Shown: positions 46,871-59,865 of the stretch, one piece after another
Layout of the letters: each line of letters starts with the position of its first letter
Position numbering within the stretch: position 1 is the first letter of the stretch
NCBI GenBank assembly: GCA_030265395.1
Contig: JARFYF010000058.1
Coordinates: 16,879,965 to 16,943,964, forward strand
Direction: 5' to 3'
Origin: Rhina ancylostomus
Taxonomy: Eukaryota
Length of the DNA: 64,000 nt
The notes under the pieces: generated by a model
The model's database searches: none
Told to the model about the DNA's origin: nothing
Seen by the model: the letters and a program-made list of their open reading frames with translations, nothing else
Position numbers and translations under genes: made by a program

Positions 46871-49800
46871 ACATACAGATGGAGGAGCAGACCAACAATA
46901 CCTAGTTGAAGTAGTATAGCTTTGAACAGTAAACATCAACAAAGTATTGACATGTGCACATGTTGTTTCCAGAGTTGATCAATGGAATGCCTTCTTAGTC
47001 CAGAAGTGTTGAGACCAATTATACTGCTAGATGAGTACACTTAATAGCACATTGGGATTCAACAATATTGTTTATATAACCAAATTATTTTGTTACTTCT
47101 ATTATGAGATTGGTATACATGAAGAGATTATTTTCTTCTTTATGCAAGATCTAACAATACAGAATATTGGAGCAATTAACATTTAACCTTACATTAAATT
47201 GAAATAGAGGATATAGGCGAGAAAATATAGGAAAGTCTGAGATAAGGTAGAAAACAGGAGGAATTAAGTGACAAAGAGTGATTGTGAAAGATGAAAGAAT
47301 GCACCATTTGGAACAATATGTTAGACTCAGTGTTAATGCAGAATAATTACTTGATATTACCACGGGATGGTAGAGTGAAGTCTGGAAACCTGAAATATTA
47401 TTTCTGGTCAATGACCTTTCCACATAACTTTCAGAGCCCTGATGAAAGATTATTGACCTGATGTTAACTGTTCTCTCCACAGATGGTGCCTTACCTGCTG
47501 AACATTGTTACTTCATTCTGTTTAATGTTTTTATTCCAGTATGCAGGCAAGTTCTTTTTTTAATAAGAAGTTGGATACTGTGTAATGCAACTAGCCTAGA
47601 CACACATTATCAAAATTACTCACTTTAAATGCACCAACACTTGTTAGGAAGATTTTTATCTCTACTTTCATCTCCAGCAGCAAAATAATTGAATTATCAA
47701 TCGTTAGCATTAACCAAAGACACCACAACACATGGGATCATTTATGATCAATATTTGACAAAATGGAAGCTACTTTAACAGTAAGAATTACATAAGAAGA
47801 GGTCACGGTGCAAGTGGCAGATCCACTTTGGTTCAATTACAGGCAACTCCCACATTACAGCCATTCAAGGTTAAGGAAATTTGCCCCTTACAAAATTCAC
47901 AAATCATGACCCAAAAAATTGAGATATGGGATAAAATTCTCTCTCATAGAATTTATGTAAAAAAAGTAACTTAAACACAAAGTTTTTTTTTCAATTCGCA
48001 TTTCTTGATGCATGCGCGGATGACACGGTTTCACATTTCAGAAAATATGGAGCATTTTCTAGGTATGCAACTGCCCAGAACAGAGGGGTCACCTGGATAT
48101 ACAATATACTCAATTCTGTTTCAAAAGTTATTAACGAATCTGTTTCCACCACCCCTTTGCAAAATAAGTTCCAGATCTTAATATCAATATGCTTAAGTAA
48201 AAAGGTCATCAACTTTCAGATACCTTTAAAATTATATTAAGGTTCTGCTCCCTGACCATTAAATCTCCTGCCAAAGTTTTTAATCCAACTCTTTATCACT
48301 TTCAAGGAACTTCAGTTTCTTCTGTTTTTGCATAACTGAACACATTTATGCCTGGAAAATTTTGATATATCTTTTTTGCACATACTCATAACCTAGAAGT
48401 CTCTTCAAATTTTTTGCTCCAAGCCACACACAATACCGTAGCTAAAGCCTAACCAGTATTTTGTAAATATTTGGAAAAGCTTTTTGTACTCCTTTGTCTG
48501 AAAATTAATTTACTTAATGCTACTTTTTTCTGCATTATGCAATTAAAGGTAGAATGTATCAACCAGACTGAAATGCAGTAACAACCATTTTAAGATTGTT
48601 TTTGTGTCACACTGGAAGTTTTGGGTACATCTGGGCATAGGTGGCCAGGGCTTCAAAATATTGTGTTGGGGCAAGCAGGATGATGTGATTGCTAGTGCAA
48701 CACTCCTTGTGGAACACTGCAGGAAATCTTGGATCACGTTGTCTTCAGAATACCTGGCACTGTATACTCCCTGGACAACACTGTTCTTGATGTAGCACCG
48801 ATTGGGAAATCTGTCAAGTTACCTACTCCGGAGGGAAAAGTCAATAAATTATTTTCATCTTTCAAACTGCCACCTCATGGCTCCGATTCCCAGGCTGCCA
48901 CGTCATGATTCCCCCCTTCGCATAGCACTCTCTGTGTCCCAGAGTCAAGGCCCTAACTCCTCAGTCTGCTATCTGTTGCACCACCAAACAGTACAAAAGT
49001 CTGCTGACATTCTCATCTCCAAACTTCCATCCAAATTTTACAGTGAGTATCCCAAACTTCCTTCCCCCTCTCCAGCCACTATAAGTTGGCCGCTATAAGT
49101 TTCAGAATTTCACCCAAGCATCAGTGCTTGATTTCCACCTACTCCCACCAGTGACCATTCTATGCATATGTTCCACTCACTAACCGTGGGGCATAGACTT
49201 AGCATTTCTAGCAAAAGATACAAGATGAGGTGAATAAACCTTTTTTTTAAGAAAGCTATTGGCATGATCTGGAATTCACTACCTACACAGAGAAGTTGAA
49301 AAGAATCAAATCAGCTCCTTCAGAAAGCATTAGATAGGGACTTGAGACAGAACAACTTAGAAGGCTATGGGGACGAGCAGGGGAAAGGGCTGACTATGTG
49401 GAACTGGCTCAAACTCCGGGAGCTGAATGACCTCCAGCTGTGCAACGCTAATTCTCCGATTCTACAAAATAGTTGCTCAACTTTATTAGGTAACAAAAGG
49501 ATTGTGATGCTAAATGGGTTCTCTTTACAACATTGCTGAAATGAAAAGTCATCTTGTCAATGGTTTTTCAAACATTAAATTGTCAAAATTAAAAGTACAA
49601 ACAAAATACTTTCACAGATTAGAAGAAAGCATCTCTTCAATAAGTTGTAAATTTCATGTATATTTAAGAATAACAAAAATTACTACTAGAGCAGCTGACA
49701 GATTATGGAAAATGTTATTGATAATTGTGGATTAAAGCCAAGACTTTAGGTTAGGCTAATCAGAAGATCATTAAAGACTGCTTAGGACTTCTGAGAAACA

Positions 49801-52800
49801 TTGCTAGATTCAAGTCAAAATGCAGAGCATGCTGGATGTTCAACGATTACTTTGAATCAGTCTATACCTACCGTGTGACGTTTAATGAGCAGATGTGTTT
49901 TGTACTGCACGTGGAAAGCATACAAATTTTGGAATAAAAGATGAAGATACCTTAGATAAATAACATTAAAGTAAATTAGGTTGCAGGCCCAAATATTACA
50001 CATTCAAAGATTTGCAAGCTTTATCTTTAATGGCTTCCTTGAGTCAAGAATTGTTTCACTGGAATGAAATACTTGTGCACTTATTTTCAGAAGTGTGATG
50101 AATCAAGTTAATGAACTTCAGGCCCTAAGAACTGACTTTACTCATCAATAGATGATGTGACAGGATGTTGTCTTTAGTTCTTATGGCACAAATGAGAAAA
50201 GTTAAAATATTTTTAAATTAATGATATATAAAGATATAGATTTATTTAAGGTGAAACACTAGGTTTCTACACCAAAAATTGCCCAAATTGTTTGGTCACA
50301 TAACCATGATGAGTCAGAAGTTACGATGCAACATGAATCTGTGAGAGTGGCCAAGTTACTTAATTTCAGTGGAATGCTGTGGACACTATTTGAACATTGA
50401 TCCATATGGAAGCTATATTTTAAGATTATAAAATACATCAGAATTTTTTGTTACACTGAGATTTTGCAAAATATGTGTCTGTCAGACTAGTTCCAATTCA
50501 ATAGTCAGAAAACATACAGATCAGTCACAGAGATCAAGTGGAAGGTCAGCAGTGAAATGCAATGGAAGATTAGGTTAAGAACCTGAGACAGATCCAGCTC
50601 AAACTTAACTTCATTGCACAAAATTGAATGTCAATCTCTGTCTTCTAAAGAGGAATTGTTAAACTGAGAAATATTACAAATGTTCATTGTTTCTTATTAA
50701 TGTAACATTCAATAGAAAATAAATTTCCAACTTTTCTTGGTTTTGATGAAAAGGTATTGACCTGAAATTTTAATTGCTTCTCTCTCCATCGACGCTGCCT
50801 AACCTGATGCTTGTTTCCAGCATTTTCTTTGTATGTCCTATTTCCAGCAACTTCTGTTTTTGCCTTTTTATTCAATAAATCTATTTTAAAGTGAATGCCA
50901 TTCTTAAAAAAATAATTCATGCAAAGATAAGGGCATCACAGGAAACCTTCATTGTTTGTCCTTGAGGTGATAATGGTGGGAAGTCTATTTGAAAGACTGC
51001 AGTCCATGTGGTGAATGCATTCCTTCTGTGCTATTAGGATCTTGACTTGCTGAAAACAAAGAAATTGTATTCTGTATCCAAGTCAGGATAGTGTAGGCTT
51101 TAATTCATCAGTATGATGTTCATTCAAGCGAAGGAAGAACAAGCAAGGGCACTACACATCCAGGAGCCGAAATATATTGAAGGATCTATTTATCTTTAGC
51201 CTGCTCTAATTCCTTCTAATATTGGTCAGCCAAAACACACTCCATTTTGTTGCAAGCAAAGATTCAGCCTTAAGAACTAGCATGTTGTTATGGTAATTCC
51301 AAACTGCTGAGCCAATGCAAATTAGCTGGAATGAAAATTGACAGATGTGACATAGTGTGAATCATTCCCCCCTTCTCCCCAACCCCCCCAACCAAAATTA
51401 ACATGATACATGATGATAATGAGGGTTGTTTAAATTTCATTTGAGGATCAACTATGNNNNNNNNNNNNNNNNNNNNNNNNNNNNNNNNNCAAGGTAACTG
51501 CCACAACTGTAGACACAATTCATAAAGGCAAGTGTGTAACTGCTTGCTTTGTTTTTAATTGTCAGTGGTTCACAATTAGTTCTAACTAGATTAATTGACA
51601 AACGTGGCACAAATTCTTCATACCACGTCAACAAAATGCAGCCATTATGTAATGATACAAAGCTAGGTCAGCTGTAAGGAAAGGCCTAAGAGAATTAAGG
51701 GAGATAAAGAGAGGCTAAGTGAATGGGCAAGGATCTGGTGGATGAAATACAACGAGGGGAAAATCTGGGGTCATCCACATTTGTAGTAAAAACAGAAATG
51801 TGGAGTTTTTTTTAAAATGATGAGAGACTAAAATCTGTTTATATTCAGACTTAACCAGAAGTTAGTCAAAGTTACCACATTTAAAAACATTTTCTGTATT
51901 AAAAAACAACTTCATGAGAGAAAATACACCTTTATTGTAGATTGCATGAAGTTAAAAGGAATCACAAGCAAACAGCAAATTGGACATATATAGGCAGCTT
52001 CAGCACAAAACTCAAAAATTGATTTTAAATCATTAGATGGGGTGATGAAAGGTGGATCTTAAAGAGAAAGGGTCAAGAGTTAGAATGATACGTGGAATGA
52101 ATTGCACGTTGTGCTGCCCTGACAATACGGCTACCAAGGAATAAAACACAGGAGTACAAGCTTGACTTGTATTAACTTCAGTCAGTGATCATGTGCAAGG
52201 TGAAAGTATGTGGAGTCACAGATTCACAAGTATGAAGGTTGTGTTGGAGTCTGAAAATCTTGGCTTTGCCTTTTACAATGTTTAACTGGAGTGAAAAATT
52301 GATGGAGGTCCAGGACTAAACATAGATTTGAAGTAAGATAAATGAGCTGACAAATGCAAAAAAAACAGGGTCAACATTGATAATGTAGAGGTCTGAGTCT
52401 TTTCTGTCCATGAATGAAATCTCACTTCTGCATGATTTCGGAAGAGAAAGGGCCAAGCATAGACCTACGGGGACAATTCGGGTAATAAATCAGGGGTGTA
52501 AAGAAAAATTTATTATAGAAGACAGCAAATTATGTAATTTAATTTAAATTTAAGCACTATAAAACTGCTATAAAACAGTTTGTACTTTACAACGATGTTG
52601 AAGTTACAATTATGAAGTCAGAGTCCATCCGGACTACTGGAAAGAAAGTGACGGTGAGGGGTGGGGGAATCTCCCTGGAGTTGTGTTGGACCCTTTTGGT
52701 TTGATACTGCATACAACGTAACTTTAGTGTGACGTTAAATTGCATTTACAAGGAACCCCAAGGAATTCCTTGGATCTCTTCAACAATTTTTAAACCTACC

Positions 52801-53219
52801 TGGAGTTAATTAAAATGTTTACAGAGTATGGATGCTGCAACCTACATGCTTTAATTATTTTTTTAAACTCCTGACGTTTGTATCTATGTGCATGGAGGGA
52901 ACTTCCTTTGAGGCAAAAACTAACTTCTACATCTTGCCAGGGCCAGAATCTGTAGCTGAACCACAGTGTGTTATAAAACACCTGTATCCCTTAGTAATTG
53001 GTTACTGGCAGAAGGCAGAGAGCACAATTGAATAGATGTTTTTGTTAAACTGGAGATAGGCATGTGTTGGGTCCTTCAAGCAGTCAGTAACAGAGCTACT
53101 GTTGACCAGGATTTGAGTGTGAGAAGTGTAATTCTGATGTCTGCAGACACTACAAAATTTAATACAGTAAATAGAGAGCAGGAAATTAACAGGCACAAGG
53201 AATACATAACAAATGAATT

Positions 53220-53630
53220 GATTTAACATGATATAATGAAGGAATGATTTCAGTTTTGTGGGCAGACTGGAAAAGCTAGAATTTACTCACAAGAACATAA
53301 AGGAGAGACCTAACAGAGAGATTCAAAATTATGAAAGGATTTAGGGATCAACCATCGATAGCTTGAGGCCATAGATTTATAATAATTGGTGGAAGAATTA
53401 GAAGGAAATTGAGGACTTTTTCTTCAAAAAAGAGAGTGCTGTTGAGTTCTGTAACCCACCATGTGAAAGGCTGGTGGATAAAAGTTCCACAAAAACTTTC
53501 AAAAGGTATTTGTTTGAAAATGACTAATTTGGGGGAAAATGTTGAGCTAAGGGCCTAACAGGCCATCCCTTGCCAAAATGTTGGCATAGGAATGATGAAT
53601 CGAGTGGTTTCCTTCTATGCTGCAAGAACC
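53220..53630 (+). mobile_element. CR1-type LINE 3' fragment, decayed
   Basis: aaggagagacctaacagagagattcaaaattatgaaagg (GDL.E.FKIMKG relic) and tail. Confidence 0.6.
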
Positions 53631-56359
53631 CATAGTAATTTACCTAATGCCTTTAATTCGATGATACTGAGCTATTGAGAATCACCTAAATGGCCCAAAA
53701 TAATAAAACTGAAGCTGTCAGGGCTCAAGATATAAACTGAGGAAATTCATTTTTTAGGAGATTGTTTCCATCTTGTTTTTCTGCTAATCTACAGGATCAG
53801 CCCAGTTTTAAACCTTGTCAGAGACATCCCTCTTTGCTCACCCTGCCTGCAGCTTAACAAGCTTCTTTGACTCCTTCCCAGTTGTGACAAAAGGTCTTTG
53901 ACCCCAAAAGTTGACACTGTTTCTCTTCCTACAGGTGCAGCCTGACTTGCTGAGTATTTCCAGCATTTTCTATTTTGGTTTACTGAGAATCACAGAAGCC
54001 TAGGACAGTGTACAAAAATCTATTGATGGGATAATAATCATTGTTCAGACAGGAGTCAAAAAAATGAAAGTAGTTCAGCAGGCAGGTTAATGTCAAGAAA
54101 TGCAAAACAACAAAGGAACACTGTTAGCTCTTCTTTTGTTTTACTTGAATAATATTATTTAAGTTCCATCCTCAAACAAAAACCACAATTTTAAATTTGA
54201 ATTCAGTCCATTATTTCCTTGCACTGACCAACAGAGCATGCAAAAACTGCCTATGAAATCAATAATTGCCCTTACAACTAACATAGCAGACAATAATATA
54301 ATAAATACTTAAAGAGCAAACATAATTGTCACGATTTGTTTTAAGATGAAAACAACTGAAAGAATTTTTAAACTTTTCTTTCAAAAAGAGATCTAGCTTG
54401 AAGCAACTAAAAGTGCTGAGCTGAAGAGCTAAAGTGCAGTACTGAGAAGATAAATTGAGGAAATTGTTTTCTTTAAAAAGGAGTTACAGTGGAAACTTTG
54501 CGAAAGCCAATAATCAGCACGTAACTAATAGTGAAGTGCTTTTGGTTAGTGACATCTCTTACTGAAGCTAAATTTAGCTTTTCAGAACCAGAGTAAGTAA
54601 ATCTTTGGTACCTACTTCTTGAAAATGTTAATTGTTCAAGACTTAAAGATAACTTTGTTAAAATAACCATGTTAATTTCCAATGTTCAAAAATTACTTTA
54701 AGACTCTCTGTGATACACAATTAGAACACTAATTTTTCACTCAAATTTGCAATCAACTGGGGCTGAAAAGTTTTCTCCCTATAACTAGAAAGTTCTTAAC
54801 TTGAAGTTCAATTCAGTTGGTATTGAAAGTCCACATAAATAATTACTACAATTGGAAATAGAAAACTTCACACCAATTTCGTTGGAGAATACCATTGAGG
54901 TTATAATTTAGGACATAATAGATTTAAAGATATAGGGAGCTTCACCATAATCTTAATTACGTTAAGATTGGCATGATTGGTACAAGCAACAGTACTGAAA
55001 GAAAATGCTTAACTTCTAAGAGAATGTCACCTTCTACTCCAAAAGGAATGCATTAAGATGAATTAGTACCACTAGCGATAATCACTCTTAGAATAACTAT
55101 ACTTCCTAAATGTAAGTTTTAACCTTGAATGGAATTCCCAAAATTACCTAAAATTAGTTTGCAAATTGCAAAGACTAGAGATTGTAAACATTTTTAATAG
55201 TCCAAATATGACTGTAGGGCTATCAATTTTATTATAATCTTATCTACTTAAACAGGCATTGTGCAATTACAAACAACAAAATGATGCATTTACATAGATT
55301 GACCATGGACTGAAGTTTACTTCTTTTTTGGAGGTGGGTGGAAGATAATCACCCCATTATATCTTGAGATCAGGTAACAATGCTGTAAGGTCCCGTGACA
55401 TATTTGACACTTAATGCTTTTTTGTGATACCAGCCCAATACCTTCAAAAGAATGGTCAGCTCAGAAGGTCAAACTGTGGTACATAGCAGATATCCCCCAG
55501 CCTTGACCTCTCTAACTGCAGTACTCCACTTTCAGAACCGTACTGTAAGCCTGTACTGAAACTAAACTAAAATGGTACCACAACTGAAAAAAAGAGTGTT
55601 TGTTTGCTAATGCAGTAATTGTAGTCTGAAGTAATAATGAAAAGTCAAAGGGGACAAGTAGACCACAGGTGTGAGTACCAGATTTGCTTAGGGGCTATTA
55701 TGTTGTCAACAGTTACAACAACTGCTCCATATGACCCTCCAATATAGAAAATTAGATTGCTACATTTTTATGGTAGAGCTACTAAATTTTAATATATCCA
55801 AGATATGGTTCTCTCAGTTTCTATTAAACAAGCCACTCTGTTAGGAATTTATTTGAAGTTTGTCTTATGCCATTTAGCTGCAATTACAGCCACAATTGCT
55901 GGGACAACATTCCAAAAAACATGATTTATAAAAATGTGTAGAACTGTTAATTTAAAACATTCACTTCTGACCTAAACTATCTATTTTGTTTCATGGCATA
56001 TCAAGAATTAGATGAAGGATTAACTGCAATTAATCAGCTTCACAAGATGCTGTACGATTCACTTAACATTTAATGTGTCAATTTTGTCTGTTATTACATT
56101 TTGCTTTTAGAAGAAAATTTGATTAATTGCTGGTTATTTTGGCTCAACTCAATAGCATTCTTGTCTCTGAATGCAGAAGTCGAGGGCTCAAAATTCACAC
56201 ACTGCATTTTGGTATTGTATTGATGAACTACAGCAATGTCAGAAATACAATCTTCCAGTTAAGCTGCCTTACACCGAAGACTATTCTGATTGTTCAGACT
56301 GATGGCAAAGTTGAAGCTTTGTAAAAATAGTAAATTTTTCTTGATCCTTATTAGCATCC

Positions 56360-57425
56360 ATCCCTCAACTATTTATTCATTTTTCGGGATCCAGGTATCA
56401 ATGGCAAGGTCAGCATTTATTATCCAACCCTAATTTCCTTTGAAGAGGTGGACCACCTTCTAAAACTATGACAGCCCTTCTGATGTAGGTATTTCCATAA
56501 TACTGTAAGGGAGGGAATTCTAAGAGTGACAAACTGTAATGAAGGAACAGTGTTAAAATTTTCAAGTTAGGATGGTGTACAGCTTGAAGGGGAACCTGTG
56601 GTGGAGGTATTTCTATGCATCTTCTGTCCTCGTCCTTCTTAATGACAGAGATTGTGCATTTGGAAAGGTCATCAGAGTAGTCTTGGAGAGCAACTGCAGC
56701 GTATTTTTGTAGATGACACAAGGGGGGACAGAAAGGGTGCCAATTAAGCAAACTGCTTTCTCCTGGATGGCATCAGGCCACTCCGGTGTTACTGGAACTG
56801 CCTAAACTGCAAGTTCTAGTCAACAGTAACCCCAAGATGTTGAATGTAGGGATGGAGTGATGCAATACCATTGAATATTAAGGGGAGGTGGTTAGAATGT
56901 CATCTTGGAGGTAGTCATCGCCTGGCACCTGTGCATTGCGAATGCTATTCGCCATTTATCAGCTCACTTTTGGATGCTATCATGGTGTTGCTGTATGCAG
57001 GCATGGACTGCTTCATTTGCTGAAGCAAATGGAATTGAACATTGTGCAATCATCAGCAGGCATCCTCCCCTTCTTATTCTATAATAGAAGGAAGGTCATT
57101 GCCAAAGTAATGGAAGATGGCTGCACCAAGACGCCACCCTGAAGAACATCAGTGTCAATGTTCTGGGTCTGGGATGACTGACCTTGAACAAGCAAAACCA
57201 TCTACCTTTGTGCAAAGTATGATTTCAGCCATAGGATTGATTTCCCTTTGATGGCCAGTGACTGCACTTTTACCAGGGCTCCTTTGATGCCACACTTGAT
57301 CACATGCTACCTTGATATTAAGAGCAATCCCTCTCCTCTCCCCTCTGCAATTTGGCTCTTTGGTCCTTATTTGGACCCAAATTGTGAAAATGTCTGGAGG
57401 CAAGTGGTCCTGGTGAAAACTGGTG
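56360..57425 (-). mobile_element. L2/CR1-group LINE RT and 3' end, decayed
   Basis: IALNIKVACDQVWHQ resembles .ALDIK.AFD.VWH; tail reads GLDNKC on the minus strand. Confidence 0.72.
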
Positions 57426-59064
57426 TAAAAGGATAGATAGAGAAATAAACAGCAATGGATAATGAAGTACTATGAAATAGTTAGTACATTAGAAGTTTCA
57501 GAAAAAGCCACACAAAATTAATTTACTCAGTTCTTTTTTCATTATTTTCAGAAAAAATGGGTGGATACTACAGTACCTAGACTACAATGGATGAATGACA
57601 ATGTATTTTTTTTTCCTTTAACATAATGTACTAAAATTAATCATTAAATAAGTGATGAAAGAGACGCCTACATCCTTAGTGACTGCGCCTTTTGAGCATC
57701 TTACATTTCAATTAATGTCATTGCAAAGCATCGTCTGGATAAAGTGATTAACTTGGAATCAGAGGGGGGATAAAACTCTGTGAATGAAAATAAGTAAACA
57801 TATTTTCAAAATCACTTCTTAAAAAAATTTTAGTATAATGCTTCCAAGTAAATATTATTCTACCAATACAACTACATTTTTTTTAGTATAAACTAGCCTT
57901 TTTGAATACAGAAGCTCTCTAAAACAACTACTTCATAAAAATGTTTTTTCCACATCTCCCAAAACACTGCATGAAAAAGCATCAAGTATATTTGTAACTG
58001 AATACTTTCATGGAAGCCTATGAAAGATTGAAACAATTTAGCGAAGAACTGAGGCAAGAAGGGAGAATTTTCTTTTCAACCATCAGCTATATGTTGTGTT
58101 GGTTGATAACATGTGGTTTATGGTAATAGCAGTGTGTTACAATAGGTGGAAAGGAAAAAAAATATCCAGCATGCATGCTCTCAACTGCTATCAAGTGTAC
58201 CTACTCAAAGAGCTTTCATACAAATCACTCAAATATAAGACTGAATCTGGCTGATATGCTTTGTACATCTGATCAGCTTTTAACACGTGAATGGTAATTT
58301 TGATTAGTTTCTTAAATCTTTTTGACATCTGCTCTCAGAGATGGTGTCAACATCTTAGGAAAGAGGAGAGGAAAAAAACCGGCAAAGAACTCAGAGAAAA
58401 GTGTTGATAAGATGTTCAAGTATTTAACTACTATTAATATATCTTAATATATTTGAAACTAATATTGTAACTAATGTAAATCAAATCTGAAATGCATCAC
58501 ATTTTAACTGTTAAATCCATGTAGCTCAGAGAATTATGCCCATGCAAATCATGAAACTTTTCCACACAAGAATAATTTCTATTCAAATTAATTTACACTA
58601 TTAAAATATCCAATTGACATTAAGATTATAATCTCTGCTCTGTATTTTCATTTATTTACATGAACAGAAAATACTTTGTTTACTCCTTTACTGTTTAGCA
58701 AAATTACATCTGGCCAAGGCTGCATGCTATTTGGGAAACACTGCAAAAAAAAACTCCCTGAATTAGTGTTGGTTAGCTACAAAGGGCACATAGCGTTAAG
58801 AGTCATTAGGCTTGATCTACAAAACTTTCTCTTCATTGCATTGTTGAAAAGCAGCTCCCAAAAACAGGTACCGAGTCTTCTATAATTCAAAATCTGTAAT
58901 TTTTAAGGTTCTGTGTTTAAGTATGTGCAGCTATATTTAACAACTAATCACAAATTGTAATATATGATTCACAGGAGATAAAGGAGGTCTTCTTGACTAA
59001 AGGCTCATTCCTAGCTATTTATTTGTTAAAAGTTAAGTGATTTTGCTATTTGTAGTGGAGGTGC

Positions 59065-59422
59065 CAGGGTATGGTATTATGGTGATTAAATCACTGAACC
59101 AGCAGCCAGAGCTCTGTACCACTAATCCAGAGACACAAGTTCAAATCTCACCAGTGGGACTAGGGAATTTAAACTCAAGGTACTAAATCTGGAATTTATA
59201 AAAACTGGTTTGAACAACTATAACCATGAAGCTACCATATTGTTGTACAAACCCATCTGGTTCACTAAAGTCCATCAGAACATGGAAATCTGGCACCTTT
59301 AATCAGTCTGGCCTTTGTGTGACTTGGACTCATCAATGTGGTTGACTCTTAAATGCCTCCACATTTCAAGTATTACGGATAGACAATAAGTATTGGCATT
59401 GCCATCTGGTGAATAAGAAAAA
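59065..59422 (+). mobile_element. tRNA-like SINE with L2-type tail
   Basis: B-box-like agttcaaatctcacca, core aacccatctggttcactaaagtcc, tail caataagtattggcattgcca. Confidence 0.65.
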
Positions 59423-59734
59423 ATGTCCTCCAAAATTCTCCCAGGGAATATTGCTGCTGCCGTAGTTGGTTGCTTTCCTATGAGTCATCATTTGATTTTT
59501 TTTGAACCCTATTACTTTTCAGTTTTAATTTGCATCACATATCCTCATCAGATTTACATCTCAATCTGCAAGTACCATTACAGGAGATCACTTCATTTGA
59601 TAACTGCTGCAATTTATTTTTCTAATCTATTTAACTATAGGCAGTTCTAATACATTTTATCCAGCAACTAACTACAAAAATTACTAACAATTATCTTGTT
59701 ATTTATCAGATTGGTGTTTGTGGAACTTGAGGTG

Positions 59735-59865
59735 GCTACTCTAGGTAGACCAGGTCTCAGAAGCATACATGTGAACAGGGATCACTGCTGCCCAGCAGAC
59801 CATGAATTTTGTGTAGATTCTATATACTTCTGAGATTTGGACTACCTGTACGAGGCACTCAAGTC
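59735..59865 (-). mobile_element. RTE LINE fragment
   Basis: TKFMVCWAAVIPVHMYASETWST resembles RTE TK..VY.A.V...LLY.SETW. Confidence 0.6.
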
